Assembly (NCBI RefSeq): GCF_009914755.1
Contig: NC_060934.1
Reading direction: 5' to 3' (one strand)
DNA: 64,000 nt
DNA from: the human T2T-CHM13v2.0 reference genome, Homo sapiens
Shown one piece after another: positions 13,499 through 29,177 of the stretch (positions within the stretch are counted from its first letter, which is position 1; every line of letters starts with the position of its first letter). A program made the translations under genes and the position numbers. A model generated the notes under the pieces. The model worked only from the letters and a program-made list of their open reading frames with translations. It was not told the origin of the DNA and ran no database searches.

Positions 13499-13872
13499 TG
13501 CTATGGACTGAGCTGTGTCTCCCCCAAAATCTAAGCGTTGAAGCCATAATCCCCAGTATGACAGGATTTAGAGGCAGGGCCTTTAAGGAAGTAAATAAGG
13601 TTAAATGCAGTCACAAGGGTGAGGCCCTGATCCAACAGGACTGCTATCCTATAGGAAAAGGAAAGCACATGAGAAGTACACACACACAAGGAAAAATCCA
13701 CATGAGGACACAGTGAGAAGGCAGCCATTGCAAGTTCGGAAGAGTCCTCACCAGAAACCAACCCCGCTGACACTTTGTTCTTGGACTTCAGGACCGTGAG
13801 AAAATGAGTTTCTGTTGTTTAAGCCACCCAGTCCGTGGTACTTTGCTATGGCAGCCCAAGCAGACTAATACA
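13499..13872 (+). mobile_element. MLT1A-type MaLR solo LTR
   Basis: 'tgctatggactga' start, 'gaggacacagtgagaaggcagcc', end 'gcagcccaagcagactaataca'. Confidence 0.9.
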
Positions 13873-14101
13873 GTGAGGAGAAAAAATAAATTAATAAATA
13901 AATAAATAGCAAAACAAAACACAGCCACTTCCTCTATTGGAATAGCCAAGATTTTTCTTTTTACATACTATATGTTAGAAAGAGAGAGAGTAAAAATGTA
14001 AAGAAAAGTGTTGGCTTTTTTATTTTAACTAGTGCTTAGCAAGTTTAAAACAATATAAATGGTGAAGGCCATCACACACGCATCCCTTCATTTGACACTT
14101 C

Positions 14102-14818
14102 AGGTCACGGCATCTGTCTGAACCTCCATGGCTCATCCCATTCAACAAATGTTTGACTGAGCAAATATTTGACGGCAGGTCTTGCGGAACATATGTGTGA
14201 CAGGGAAGGACTGACAGGGTGATGCCACAGAGATGAGCAGCAGGGACCCAGCTCAGCACTCTCCCTTCCGGGCAGAGCTGTGTCCTCCCGCGAGTGCGTC
14301 GGGGCAGAAGCCACAGAGTCCACGTGGGGTCCCTCTAGAGTCTGCACCTGTGAAAACAACTGCACCTCCCTCATCCTCCATGTGCGTGCCTGACAGGGCC
14401 TGGCTCTCTGGCCAGGGGCCAGGGGGAGCTGCCCAGAGACGGCCCTTCAACACAAGAGCAGCAGGAGTCAAGCAGGAAACCCGGAGAGCCACTCCCTGAG
14501 GAGGAGCAGCCCCAAGGGATTGTGGGGGGCCAGTGTCAGCTTGGCCTCAGACATCCCAGCACGGGTGCAGAGGAGCACAGCACTGTAGTCCCCCCAGCTC
14601 AGTCGCTGTCCCTGCTGCCTGACCCAGCTGCCCAGCCTCTTTGTCACTGGTCACATGATTCTTTCACAAAACAAGTAGAACAAGGCATGGTTGTATGAAT
14701 TTCTAGCTCCCTACCCTCCAGCCTGGGTAGGTCAGGGCACCTGTCTGAACCTCCATTGCTCATCCCATTCAACAAATGTTTGAGCAATCATTTGATGGCA
14801 GGTCTTGCGGAAGATATG
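14102..14818 (+). repeat. ~90-bp dispersed direct repeat (14102-14195 and 14729-14818)
   Basis: Both copies read 'aggtca.ggca.ctgtctgaacctccat.gctcatcccattcaacaaatgtttga...atttga.ggcaggtcttgcggaa.atatg'. Confidence 0.95.
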
Positions 14819-17081
14819 GCTTATAGAACACGAAGCACATGTTTCTTTTGCAATTGCAGCACATCTTACAGGTATGTAAAAAGTAGCTCAATTAAACAGA
14901 TGAGTGTTAATATTCAAAGATGAGGAAACACATTCTCTACATTGCTGATGGTGTTTATGTCTGCAAAGGGAATTCGGATTGGGAGGATGGATGGAAATTA
15001 GAGCTTGGAATCCACAATCAGACCAACACAGGCCTTTGGCGGCTGGGAAGAGGGTCGGGTGCCCTGATCTTCAGGGCCTCCAGCGCTGGGTTCGGGGTTC
15101 CTGACCAGGATCCTGAAGCTCCACCAGCTCGACAGCCTTGCAGAAAACAACAAGGGGGGCTCGGGCCTCTGTAAATATCTGTTCTTTTTCTGCTCACAGT
15201 CTCCACAGGAGGGGATGGGGCTGCATTTAGCTGCTAAAGCCTCTTCCTCTGTAAGTAGGATATTAAGGGATGGAGTCCAGCTAGATAAATAAACCAAGTC
15301 CCTGAGGCGAGACCCTTGCTGCCCCCGTAGACTGGAGAAAGTTCCCATAGTCGGACTCCGAGCCAGCAGCTGAAGGGCCTCCTCATGTTTCAGGATTCGG
15401 GAGAGGAGGGGCCACGAGGGATCAGCTGTGGATCACATCCCAAACGCCGCTCCTCTCTGGGCTAACACCGCTGGGCCTGGGGATCCTCGTGTGCGGAGGA
15501 GGACGAAAGTGTGCCGGCAGCTGGCTGGATCCTGGAAAATGCAGAGGGGAGGGGAGGGCCTGTGGGGACCCTAAAGGCCCCAAGGAGAGGCTGCGGGAAG
15601 GCCAAAGGCTGGCGCTCTTATTCCCAGGCATGCCAAGCCCCTGGCTCACACAGGCCTGTGGGGCTCAGTAAAGGACACAACACAACCCTTCTCTGGGCTC
15701 CTGGCTGTCTGGCGGGGGAAAAGAGTTGGAAAAAGAAGGCCCATATATCTTAAAATGATAAAAAGTGATGGCCACATACATTGTCAGATGCCTATGTCAT
15801 TGTCACTTAAGGCATTATGGGGACAGATGGCAAGACAAGCACCATGCAATAATGAGTTCCAACCTGAGTTCTCCTGCTCTGCTAAGGGGTCCTGCGCGCT
15901 GGGTAGAGGCCAGGGAGACAGTGTTGATCCACAGACCTGGGAGGAAGAAGTCACCAGGCTCTGTGAGGATCAGCAGAAACCAAGCAGACATCCCACTGCA
16001 CTGCCCAGGAACCTGGTGGGCATCACACATTTGGAAATACTTTTAGGGAAAGGGGGCAGAAGACAAAGGGGAGCAGTAAAGCAAGTAAGAGTGTCTGTCC
16101 AAAAGTCACCAAGAGCAGCTTACAAATCCTGTTCACAGGCGCTCTTGCCTAGACGCCCCTTCCCGGGTCCCAGCGCTTCAGCGCAGCCAGTGTCTTTCCT
16201 GTCTTTCCACTCTGAGTCCTCAGGCCAGGCCAGCTCCATGTCCGGGTGCCTTAGCACAGCCTTTGCCCCCAGCCGTGGGGTTGGGAGGCTTCACACCACT
16301 CGCTCCAGCCTGCTCCGGGTGTGAAGGCAGCACCTACATGCAGTCCTAACCCTCACCCTGCCTGGAGCACAGAGCCCCAGGTGAATGCTGGCTGGAAGGA
16401 TTAGTACACTCATCATGTAGGACAAGAATACTATCCCCATTTTTGGACAAATAAACTGAGGTTTTGATTTTTTTGTGTATGTAATTATAAGAGTAAACTG
16501 GGAGTAGTTCCAGAGCTGCTTATTCTAAATCTCTCACACACTACCTTCTCAAAGTTAAGTGGAGACACTGCCTTGATTGTTTCAGCAGGCCCACTCGAAA
16601 GTTGCCGGTGAAGGGATGTTCTGGTACTGAATTGAAAGGGAGACAACAAAAGGAGCCAGTGGCCAGTGAGAACACCTCAGAGGGTGTCCACACACCAGCC
16701 CCCCTGCTCTCTCCACCACAGGAGTGTTTAGCATTTGCAAATGTGAGTGGAGAGCCTCAAGATTTCGCCGAACTTGGAAAGCATCAGAGAAGAACTACTA
16801 ATATCTCCATTCACTATGTGCTAAGCACCCTTTGATACACATTGCAGGGTTAAAAAGGTAAACCAAAGCACAGTAAAATTTTTAAAGAGTTTGAGCAAAC
16901 AGGGATTCATGAATTAGGCAGCTCCAAAGAGGAAGTGGTTTGTGAGTTCCATCAAAGGAATGCAAGAAGGAGATTTCTATAATACAAACAGGGAAGTCAA
17001 ACAAAAGAAAATATTTAATTGATTATGGATATGCAATTGGCTTATTGAGTCTATCCCACTGAAAAAACCTCTAGTTACATA

Positions 17082-19491
17082 CAAGCATACCTTGGAGACA
17101 TTGCGGGTTCAGTGACAAACTACTGTCTGCAAATACTGCAAATATCACAATCAAGTGTGTCACATGTTTTTTGTTTCCCACTGAATACCAGTTATGTTTA
17201 TAGTATACTATAGTCTATGAAGTGTACAATAGCATTATGTCTAAAAAAGCAGTGCACATACCCTAATTCAAAAATACTTCATTGCTGAGAAATACTAATG
17301 ATTATCCGAGCCTTCGGAGACTTGTAATCTTTTTCTGGTGGAGGGTCTAGCCTTGATGTTGACATGTTGACGGCTGTTGATTAATCAGGGCAGTGGTTGC
17401 TGAAGGTTGGGGTGGCCATGGCAATTTCATAAAATAAGACAACAATGAGGTTTACTACATCCATTGACTCTTTCATGAAAGATTTCCCTGTAGCATGTGA
17501 TGCTGTTTGATAGTATTTTACCCACATTAGAACATCTTTCAAAATTGGAGTCAATCCCCTCAAGCACTCCCACTACTTTATTGTAATCTACATTTATATA
17601 AAATTATTCATCCTTTGTTGTCATTTCACAATGTTCACAGCATTTTCACCTGAAATAGATCCCATCTCAAGAAAGCACTTTCTTTACTCACCTGTAAGAA
17701 GCAACTCCTCATCTGTTCAAGTTTTATCATGAGATTGCAGCAATTCAGTTTAATCTTCAGGCTCCACTTCTGATTCTATTTCTTTTGCTGTTTCCACCAT
17801 ATCTGTAGGTGCATTCTCCACTGAAGCCTTGAATCTCTCATAGTCATCCACAAGGGTTGAAATCAACTTCTTTCAAACTCCTGTTTATGTTGATATTTTG
17901 ATCTCCTCTCATGAATCATGAATGTTCTTAATGGCATCTAGAATGGTAAATTATTTCCAGAAGATTTTTAATTTACTTTACCCAGATCCATCAGAGGAAT
18001 CACTATCTATAGGAACAATAGTCTTACAAAATTTGTTCCTTAAATAATAAGACTTGAAAGTCAAAATTACTCCTTGATTCATGGGCTGCAGAATGGATGT
18101 TGTGTTAGCAGGCATGAAACATTAATCTCTTTGTATATGTCCATCTTGGGTGACCAGGTGCATTGGCAATGAGCAGTAATGTTTTGAAAATAATCTTTTT
18201 TCTGAGCACTAGGTTTCACTTATGTGTTTAAAATATTCAGTAAACCATGCTGTAAACAGATGTGCCATCATCAAGGCTTTGTTTTTTCAGAAAGAGGAAA
18301 TTTAGCATAATTCTTAAGGGCTCTAAGTTTTTTTGGAATAATAAACGAGCATTGGTTTCAACTTCAAGTCGCCAGCTGCATTAGCCCCTAACAAGCCTGT
18401 CATTTGAAGCTTTGAAGCTTTGAAGCTTTAAAGCTAGACATTGACTTCTCTCTACGTACAAAAGTCCTAGATGGTATCTTCTTTCGACAGAGGACTGTTT
18501 TATCTACACTGAAAATCTGTTGTTTAGTGTAACCACCTTCATCAATGATCTTAGCTAGATCTTCTGGAGAACTTACTGCAGCTCCTCCATCAGCTCTTGC
18601 TGCTTTACCTTGTACTTTTATGTTATGGAGACAGCATCTCTCCTTTAACCTCATGAACCAACCTCTGCTAGCTTCCAACTTTTCTTCTGCAACTTTCTCA
18701 CCTCTCTCATCCTCTATAGAACTGAAGAGTTAGGGCCTTGCTGTGGATTAGGCTTTGGCTTAAGGAAGACTGTGGCTGTTTTGATCTTCTACTTGGACCA
18801 CTTAAACTTTCTCTGTATCAGCAATAAGGCTATTTCACTTTCTTATTGTTCATGTGTTCATTGAATACATGAATGATGATTTTCTCTAGGAAATTAACTT
18901 TCTCAAGAATGTTTCCTTTGCATTCACAACTTGGCTAACTCTTTGGTGCACAAGACTTAGCTCTCAGCCTGTCTCCACTTTTGACACGCCTTCCTCACTA
19001 AGCTTAATTGTTTCTAGCTGTTGATTGAAAGTGGGAGATGTGGACCCTTCCTTTCACTTGAACACTTAGAAGTCATTGAAGAACTATTAATTGTCCTAGT
19101 CTCAACATTGGTATGTCTCAGGGAAAGGGAGGCCTGCGGAGAGGGAAAGAGAGGGAAACAGTCTCTCTTTTCAGTAGAGCGGTCAGAACACACACAACCT
19201 TTATCTACTAAGTTCGCCATCTTATATGGGTATAGTTTGTACCCCCTGCAAAAAATTACAACAGCAACATCAAAGATCACTGATGACAGATCACTATATA
19301 TAATAATAATGAAAAGGTTTGAAATATTGTGGGAATTACCAAAATGTGACAACAAAGTGAGCATATGCTGTTGGAAAAATGGTGCCGATGGACTTGCACA
19401 ACACAGAGTTGCCACAAACCTTCAATTTTTAAAAAAGCACAATATCTGTCAAGTTCAATAAAGTGACGTGCAATAAAACACGGTATGCTTT
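17082..19491 (-). mobile_element. Tigger1 DNA transposon, near full length (~2.4 kb)
   Basis: Ends 'caagcataccttggagacattgcgggttc' and 'gcaataaaacacggtatgc' match the Tigger1 TIRs; internal transposase peptide. Confidence 0.95.
18400..18678 (-). pseudogene. Decayed Tigger1 (pogo-like DDE) transposase fragment
   Basis: Translation [13 protein letters not shown]...HNIKVQG...[19 protein letters not shown]...PSRTF matches the Tigger1/TIGD1-type transposase; frame broken by stops and indels. Confidence 0.9.
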
Positions 19492-19683
19492 CAATTATGA
19501 GTGAGTTGGCTGCTTCTGATTGGTTGAGATTACGTTCTGCTTTTCTTTAAGATAGATATTTACAAGAAATAGCTCAAGTTAAGTCTCTGTAATGTTTGCA
19601 AAGCAAGTGAGGTTAAAGTCACTTAGGAGGCTTAACAAGCTTTATCTGCTCAGGGCTTCTTCAGGCCTGGCCTCAGTGTTAAC

Positions 19684-20067
19684 TATGGCAGCTGCCTCTG
19701 AGATGGCCCCCAAGGATGCTCATTCAGTGTGAGAGTGAGTGGCTTCTGAGGCTACAGAATCACAGCCATTGCAGCTTTCCCCACTCTCACGGTGGCTCGC
19801 TCTTGGGGAAGCCAACTGCTGTGCTGGGAGGACACTCATGCAGCCCATGTAGGGGCCACTGGACCACCTGCCAGCCATGTGACTGAGCCACTGTGGAAGA
19901 GAAGGCCACATGGCTGCAACCACAGAGACACCAAGCAAGAACTGCACAGCCCAGCCTTGCCCAAATCTCTGACCCACAGAAACCATGAAATGTCATCAAT
20001 TGCTCCTGGTGTTTTAAAGCCACAACATTTGAAGTGATTTGTCATGTAGCAATAGATAACCAAAGCA
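19684..20067 (+). mobile_element. MLT1F/G-type MaLR solo LTR, internally deleted
   Basis: 'gctgcctctgagatggccccca' start, 'ctgacccacagaaaccatga', end 'gcaatagataaccaaagca'. Confidence 0.8.
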
Positions 20068-20719
20068 GATTAATAATTTAATCACCACAAAAAACAAGAG
20101 TACATATACTATTACCTTTAATAAATGAGGAAATGGGACATGAGGCAAACAGCCAGTATACATTTGCTAGAGACAGGTTTTGAATCCATATGGTTTGCTT
20201 CTCACTGCACTATCCAAGACAGTGGCCAAAATCCATTAAAAATTTTTAAAAATAAGACATTCAGTTTCTCAGTTTGTACTATTCACAATTCAAGTGCCCA
20301 GTGTGGCCAGAGGAAGCTATGTTGGAGAGTGAATATCGGATGTTTCCATTATTGAAGGAAGTTTGGTTGGACTGTGCTGGTGTGGGGCATATTCAATTAA
20401 CCACTACATCTAACATCTAAAAATAAATTGGAGATCCTTGCTTGAATTCACCAAGGGAATTACCAGTTGTGGGTTGCTCCTGGAGTGTAACTGGATGGTA
20501 CAGACAGCAGGCTCTAGGCATTTGAAGATTCATTCCCCACTCCGGATACGCCAGGTTGGAAGAAACTCACACCTCATAGAGACCCTCCACCTCCTTCCCA
20601 TCTTCTCTCAAGTTCCCTGGCATTTTTTTTGTCACTCAGCTTGTTAAAACTCAGTATATCAAGACACCCCCAGCACGCCAGGGTGCTCATCTCTCAGGCC
20701 CATCACTGCTTGGTTTTCT

Positions 20720-20930
20720 TGTCCATTGATCACTCAGCACACACATAGAAGACTTACCTGGCCTGGGCCCACTGCTGGGCCAGACACCAAGGAGAATAAG
20801 ATGCAGCCCCTTGCTTCATGGTCCTCACAGTCCTCTGGGAGGTTTCCTGCAAGGTGGTGCTGTGCTCTGCAATAGAGGAATCTTGGAGGAGCTGTGGAAA
20901 GGCAGAGGCTGAAACAGGAACATGCAGCTG
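20720..20930 (-). mobile_element. L2 3' fragment
   Basis: 'cactgctggg...gaataagatgcagccccttgcttcatggtcctcacagtc' antisense L2 end. Confidence 0.55.
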
Positions 20931-23109
20931 CTAGAGGTGCTCAGGAAGGACACATGAAAAGATGCATTTGAAGTGGTAGGACAGGAAGGGATGCCTGGCA
21001 ACAGCGAAGAAATGCTGGGGTACTTCCCACACAGGCAGTGGCTTCAGAGAGCACAGCTCGCTCCAGGAAGAAGAAAGAGTCTGAGGATGCCACGATGATG
21101 AAGACAGATGCCAGGCTCTGCAGGGCCTCACATGGAAGGAGAATGAAAAGAGGATATGTGGCCTTTCCATTTGCCTCTATGCTGTGGGGCTGCATTTGGG
21201 TCTAATGGCTGCCTGGTCGTCAATGCACACTGGAGGGTGACTGAGGTGGACACACTGTTTTGATGTGGCTCCTCCACTTCCCCACTGACTCTAGCTGGGC
21301 TCAGGTGGGTGGCAGAGAACAGCATGTAGAAGCATGGCAGGCACCATCAGCCTGGATGCAGAGGGACGCTAACAAACCTGTAGAAGGGCTCCAGCCAATT
21401 CACAATAGACATCAGATGAGTATCTTCAACAGCAAGAGGGAGGTTGCTGCAACTGCTTTGCAGACAGAGGCCAGGGCAGGGGCAGGGGGCCTGGGAAAAG
21501 GCAGCACCACATACAGGGTCAGGATAGAGATGCACAAAAAGGGCATGACAGCAAACTGCCCACCCATTCACATATGAAATGGCAGCCACAAATGCAGAGG
21601 GAAGTAGACCTTGGAATAAAATCTTCAATAAATCAATGAGCAGGTCATTCGGTGACTTAGAGTTTTGGTCACTTGCTTCTCAATGAACTAGTCATTTGCA
21701 AATTGTTTTTCAGTGAATTGATCTGGTTTCCAGAAAGAGGCCCCAAGCAGAGGACTCCACTGTGGCTTCCAGAGTGTTCACTCCGGTCACCTGCTCAGAT
21801 GTAAGAAATGCAAAGGAAACTGAACTGCTTAACTCTCTGAAGTCCCTCTCTTTCCTTATCTCCAAGTGCAAATCCTCCACACAGAAGGCTGAGGTCATTC
21901 TCCATGGTATGTTTTAAGCCTTTCCATCTTCACTAAAACTTCTTTTCTTCAGGTTTCTTTCTTGTTCTCTTGCTGTCGTCTTGCCCTCCTGCCTGCTCTT
22001 GCTCTTTCTTTCTATAAACAATGATATAAATTACCACTTAGCCTGAGCTGCTTAGCTTATTCCCTGTTCTTTATGGAGACAGCATGTTCCATAATGGATC
22101 GCCTTTGTGCAAAGAAGCAATCCCAGTAATTAGGCACACGTTCATGGAGAACCCAAGCACCATAACTCAGGAGATCATAAGCATTTCTACCCTGGTGAAG
22201 TTCAGTTTAATGCAAAATAAACATGTGTTTCCTGTCCCTTATTCTAAATCGATTGGGCCATTTGTCTAATTTAAACACTCTATAAATTATACACATCCTC
22301 CAAAGATAGGGATGAGGTAGAGGCCCTTGATGTATGCTTTTTCCTATGGCTTGAATCCATCACTGTCTCCTGCAAGGCCCCTTAGCTTTCTCCTGAGTGG
22401 ATGGAGGCCCCATAACTCTCTGATCTGCTTCATTTTCTCTGACACCCCTTAGGATCCTTTTTCAGACAATTTGGCTAGAGAATTATGGCTGACTTTCAGA
22501 AGAAAGGGAATGAAGTTTAAACTTGAACTGAGTCTTGCAATATCTTATGTTTTGCTAGCACAACATTCAAATTCTCTCCAATTTCTCTTCTCTGTCCATT
22601 ATAAGATTTTACAAGGGAAAAGTCAAAGAAAGTAAGGCAGGTTGGGTATGGATACTTGTGGTGTACAATTATGCACCATTTTTAGCCAATTTAGCACAAC
22701 TGAATACTGGGGGGGAAAAAACTCTCTTGATCAAATCATTAGTTTCTCTGGCATATGAGCTTTCAAGAAGGGTGAAGACCTCTCTTGGGATTTACATCTC
22801 CAACTGGTGGGTTTTCTTAACTTTTCAAATCTTGTAGGTAAATTGTAACCTGGTTATCAAATAGATTCCATTTTATTATAAATAAATTAGGCCCTATTTT
22901 GTTCCCATTTTCACATTTAAAAGCTAATCTTTGTTGTCATGCCTATCTGTTAAATCACATAATACATGAACTGGAAAGAAAATAAGAGCTCAGAGAATTC
23001 AATTTCCTTATTTTATAAATACACTGAAACTAACAAAGAGCGGCAACTGAGATGGAACTAGAACTAAGATTCTTGAATATTGGTTCAGTTTGTAGGGGTT
23101 AGAAAATAT

Positions 23110-24620
<1,511 letters not shown>

Positions 24621-25231
24621 ATTAGCACTGAGACAAAATAACATCCACTGATTTGGGAGAACCAATGTCTTCACTATTGAGTCTTCCCATTCAGGAACAT
24701 GCTTGGTCTATTCATTTATTCAGATCTGTATCCTTCAATTAGTGTAATTGCTTCATTTATAAGGACATAGATTTTTCATTGACTTTGGGAGGTTTTTTTG
24801 ACATTACCTTTCAAACTTTTCTCATTTCTGTGTCACTCCTTTGTTCCCTAGTCCTTCATTGCCCTCCTATAAGACATTCTGTTAATATATCACATTAAAT
24901 AAGAAATGAATAAAAACTCTAGCAACATTCAAGCAGCATTCTCTGAAGACACAGAAAATCTTGTAGAAAGAATTGTTTAAAGAACGCATGGCATATAAGA
25001 AAATGTGGAGGTGGGAAGCAAAGGAGATGATGGCTGTTCGTGTGCTCCCGGACCAGCTGGGGTCCTAGTGCAGAGACGCTGGGATCTGATTCAGAGCAAG
25101 GAGTTATCCTCATGCCAGATAAGGGTACATTCCAGGATGGCCAGGGCTAAGAAGGCTTTCAGCACACACTCCCTCTCCCCTTTTCATTTCCCTCCACCAT
25201 AAGCTGAGGGCCCTCAAGTTTTTCCCTTGTC

Positions 25232-25518
<287 letters not shown>

Positions 25519-25670
25519 TTCCCTTGTCTTTTCCACACTTTCCTTCTTTCCCCAGGTTGACACTTCAGACCTCCAGGCTGCTTGACTGGCATAAGTCTTG
25601 AACCCAGCTTCCCTGTGCAGGAAAACATGCTGCTGCCTCTTGTTTTTCTATGGATCCCATCAGGTTTACC

Positions 25671-25718
25671 TGGATGGATGGATGGATGGATGGATGGATG
25701 GATGGATGGATGGATGGA
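25671..25718. repeat. (GGAT)n tetranucleotide microsatellite
   Basis: About 12 perfect units seen directly. Confidence 0.97.
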
Positions 25719-26477
25719 CGGGCTTCACCTCTGGCATTGGTTCTTCTGGATTTAGACATCTCTTATCCAAGAGATTACACACTAGTAACTAAGTTCTAAC
25801 CATTTGATGTGGCTTTCAACTCCACTAGCCGATTCTCTAGCCCTCCTGTGGCTTTCCTGGTTATCCTATTGAGTGCTGCTTTAGATATCTCATTCATGTC
25901 TTCCCGGGTGTGAGGACAGATCATGCCTCTAAAGACGCATGTTAATTTTCCAGAAACAGAGAAAATTCGACTTTCAGATCCATGTGCATCAGTTCCATTT
26001 AAATCTGTCATTAGCACCATGAAGTCAAACTGCGTCAGAACTTTTCAGCATTAAATATGACCTGATGGATGTTTCCTGTGTTTCTTTTCCTTTGCCTCAG
26101 AAAAAAATAAGCTGCCCTTAGCCATATGAGAATTTAAACACAGCTAAAATATCAGTCCCCTAAAACCCATGTCTATGGACACTTACACAGAATAGCTCCG
26201 ACGGTTTAACCAATAGCAAGTCCAAATAAAGAGACCACTGCAGTGAAAGCCACCTCAAAATAAGGAAGCTCATCCTGGATTCACCACACTCCACAAACTC
26301 CCAGGAGGACGGAGTTGTGACTAGCACATAAGAATGAGAACAACAGTGCCAGGAATTGAGGTGAGCGAGGAGTCCCTCAGCAGGAAGTAGATCATTTCTA
26401 AGAGATGAGTAAACACCTCATGCAGCTGCTGTTTTAATTTCTCATGTGCTTGACTGAAAAGCAGTTTGGAAAGTTGA

Positions 26478-26783
<306 letters not shown>

Positions 26784-26786
26784 TGA

Positions 26787-27107
<321 letters not shown>

Positions 27108-27742
27108 TGAACTCAGGATACTGGATGATTTATTTTCTGTCTATCAGATAGCATTCACAAGACTTTAATTTGGAATAGAATTAAGTACTCCATGAATGCA
27201 CTAAAGAGGCCAAATAAAAGGTAGAGGTTGGCAGAGAACACTCTTTAAATGGCCCAAATATATGTTGTTTATAAGAAACTCACTTCAAGTATAACAATAT
27301 AGGCAAGTAGAAAGTAAATGGATAGAAGAAAAATATATATATATATATAATGCAAACACTAATCAAAAAAATGAGTAACAATGTTCATATCAGATAAAGT
27401 AGACTTCAGAGCAAAAGCAATTACCAGAGACGTTATTTAATGATAAAAGAGTCAATCCATTTAGAAGGCATAGAAATGCTAAACGTGTATGCACCAACCA
27501 ACAGAGCGACAAAATATGTGACGTGAAAACAGATAGAACTAAAAGGAAAAATAGACAAGTCAACGGTTATCATTGGAAACTTTAACACCCCCTCTCAACC
27601 ATTGGTAAAAAAAAACTAGACAAAAAATAATCAAGGATACCATCAAACAACAAGAGCTCATTGACATTTATAGAACACTCCACTCAACAGCAGAATGAAC
27701 ATTCTTTTCAAGTGCCCACCAAACCTATGCCAAGATAGACAG

Positions 27743-28166
27743 TGCTATGATTTGAGTGTTTGTCCCCTTCAAAACTCATTGTAAAATTTAATCCCCAATG
27801 TGGCAGTATTGAGACGTGGGACCTTTAAGAGGTGATTGGGTCATAAAGGCTCTGTCATCATGAATGGACTAGTTCATTCATGGATTAATTGGTTAATAAG
27901 TTGTCATAGAGGTGGGACTGGTGGCTTTACAAGAAAAGGAAGGGAGACCTAAACTAGGACATGAGCATGTTAAGCCCCCTTTCTATGTGATGCCCTGCAC
28001 CATCTCAGGACTCTGCAGCAAGTCCGCCCCAGCAAGAAGGTCCTTACACGATGCAGCCCTCAACCTTGGGCTTCCCAGCCTCTATAACCATAAAAAAAAA
28101 AAATCCTTTTCTTTATCAATCGCCCAGTTTTGAGTATTCTGTTATAAGCAACAGAAAACAAAGACA
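27743..28166 (+). mobile_element. MST (MSTB/MSTC-like) MaLR solo LTR inserted in L1
   Basis: 'tgctatgatttgagtgtttgtcccc' to 'ataagcaacagaaaacaaagaca'; 5-bp TSD gacag/gacac. Confidence 0.9.
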
Positions 28167-29049
28167 GACACTATCTTAGGCTATAAATCTAGCCTCAGCA
28201 AATGTAAAAGAATTGAAATCAGAGAGAGTATGTTCTCTAATCACAATAAAATCAACTAGAAATCAGTAAGAGAAAGATAACAGGAAAAATTTCAAGCACT
28301 TGTAAACTCACAAGCACATTTCTAAATAGTCTGAGTCAAAGAGGCTATCTCAAGGAAAATTTGTAAATGCATCGAGCTAAATAAAAATTAAAACATAACA
28401 TTAAAATTTGTGGGACACAGTTAAAAGCAGTGCTAAGAGGGAAATTTATAGCACTGAATGTACACAATAGAAAACAAAAGTTTCAAATCATTTATTTATG
28501 TACCTCTGTCAAGAACCTAGAAAGAGAAGACAAAAATAAATCCAAAGCAAGCTTCCAGAAATAACAAAGATAAATCAGTGAAATTCAAAAGAGAAAAACA
28601 ATAGGTTATCAATGAAACTGACAAACCTCTAATAAGATTGGCAAAGGGAAAAGAGAGAAGATACAAATTACTAATATCAGAAATAAAACAAGGAAAACCA
28701 ATACAGACCCTTCAGACAGCAAAAGGGTGACGAGGGAAAGCCATAAACAACTTAGCACACATAACTACAAAAACTTAGATTTAATGGACCAAGTCCTTGA
28801 AAAGGACAAATTACCACAGCTCATCCAATATAAATAAATAGTTTGAATAGCCAATAACTATTAGGGAAATTTAATTTGTAATTTTAAAACCCCCTAAAAG
28901 AAATATTTATGCCCAGATGGAAATATTTATCTCCAGGATTCCACTGGAGATTCCTACCAAATCTAAAGAAGAATTAACACCAATTCTGTACATCTTTTCC
29001 AGGAAATAGAAGGGGAGGGAATGCTTTATCAAAGTTTAAAACTTTTGTG

Positions 29050-29177
29050 TTATTACTTTAAAGAGACAGGGGCTTGCCATGTTGCCCAGGCTGTTCTCAA
29101 ACTCCTGAGCTCAAGCAATCCACCACCTCAGCCTGCTGAAGTGCTGGGATTACAGGTGTAAGCCACTGTGCCTGGCC
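29050..29177 (-). mobile_element. FLAM-type free left Alu monomer
   Basis: Single antisense arm 'agagacaggggcttgccatgttgcccagg...cctggcc'; TSD-like 'taaaactttt(g)/taaaaactttcg'. Confidence 0.85.

Larger units (their letters stand above)
16845..19683 (-). mobile_element. ERV1-class solo LTR (MER90/MER92-like) split by Tigger1
   Basis: 16845-17081 ('ttgagcaaacagggattcatgaattaggcagctcc') continues at 19492-19683 ('gttggctgcttctgattggttgag...ttcttcaggcctgg'). Confidence 0.6.

Noticed and set aside
14102-14818. CRISPR-like or LTR-retroelement reading of the direct repeats
   Set aside because: Only two copies, mammalian context, no cas genes, and no TG...CA ends, PBS or PPT
18400-18678. Functional TIGD1-like gene
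   Set aside because: It lies in a TIR-bounded Tigger1 copy with stops and frameshifts on both sides
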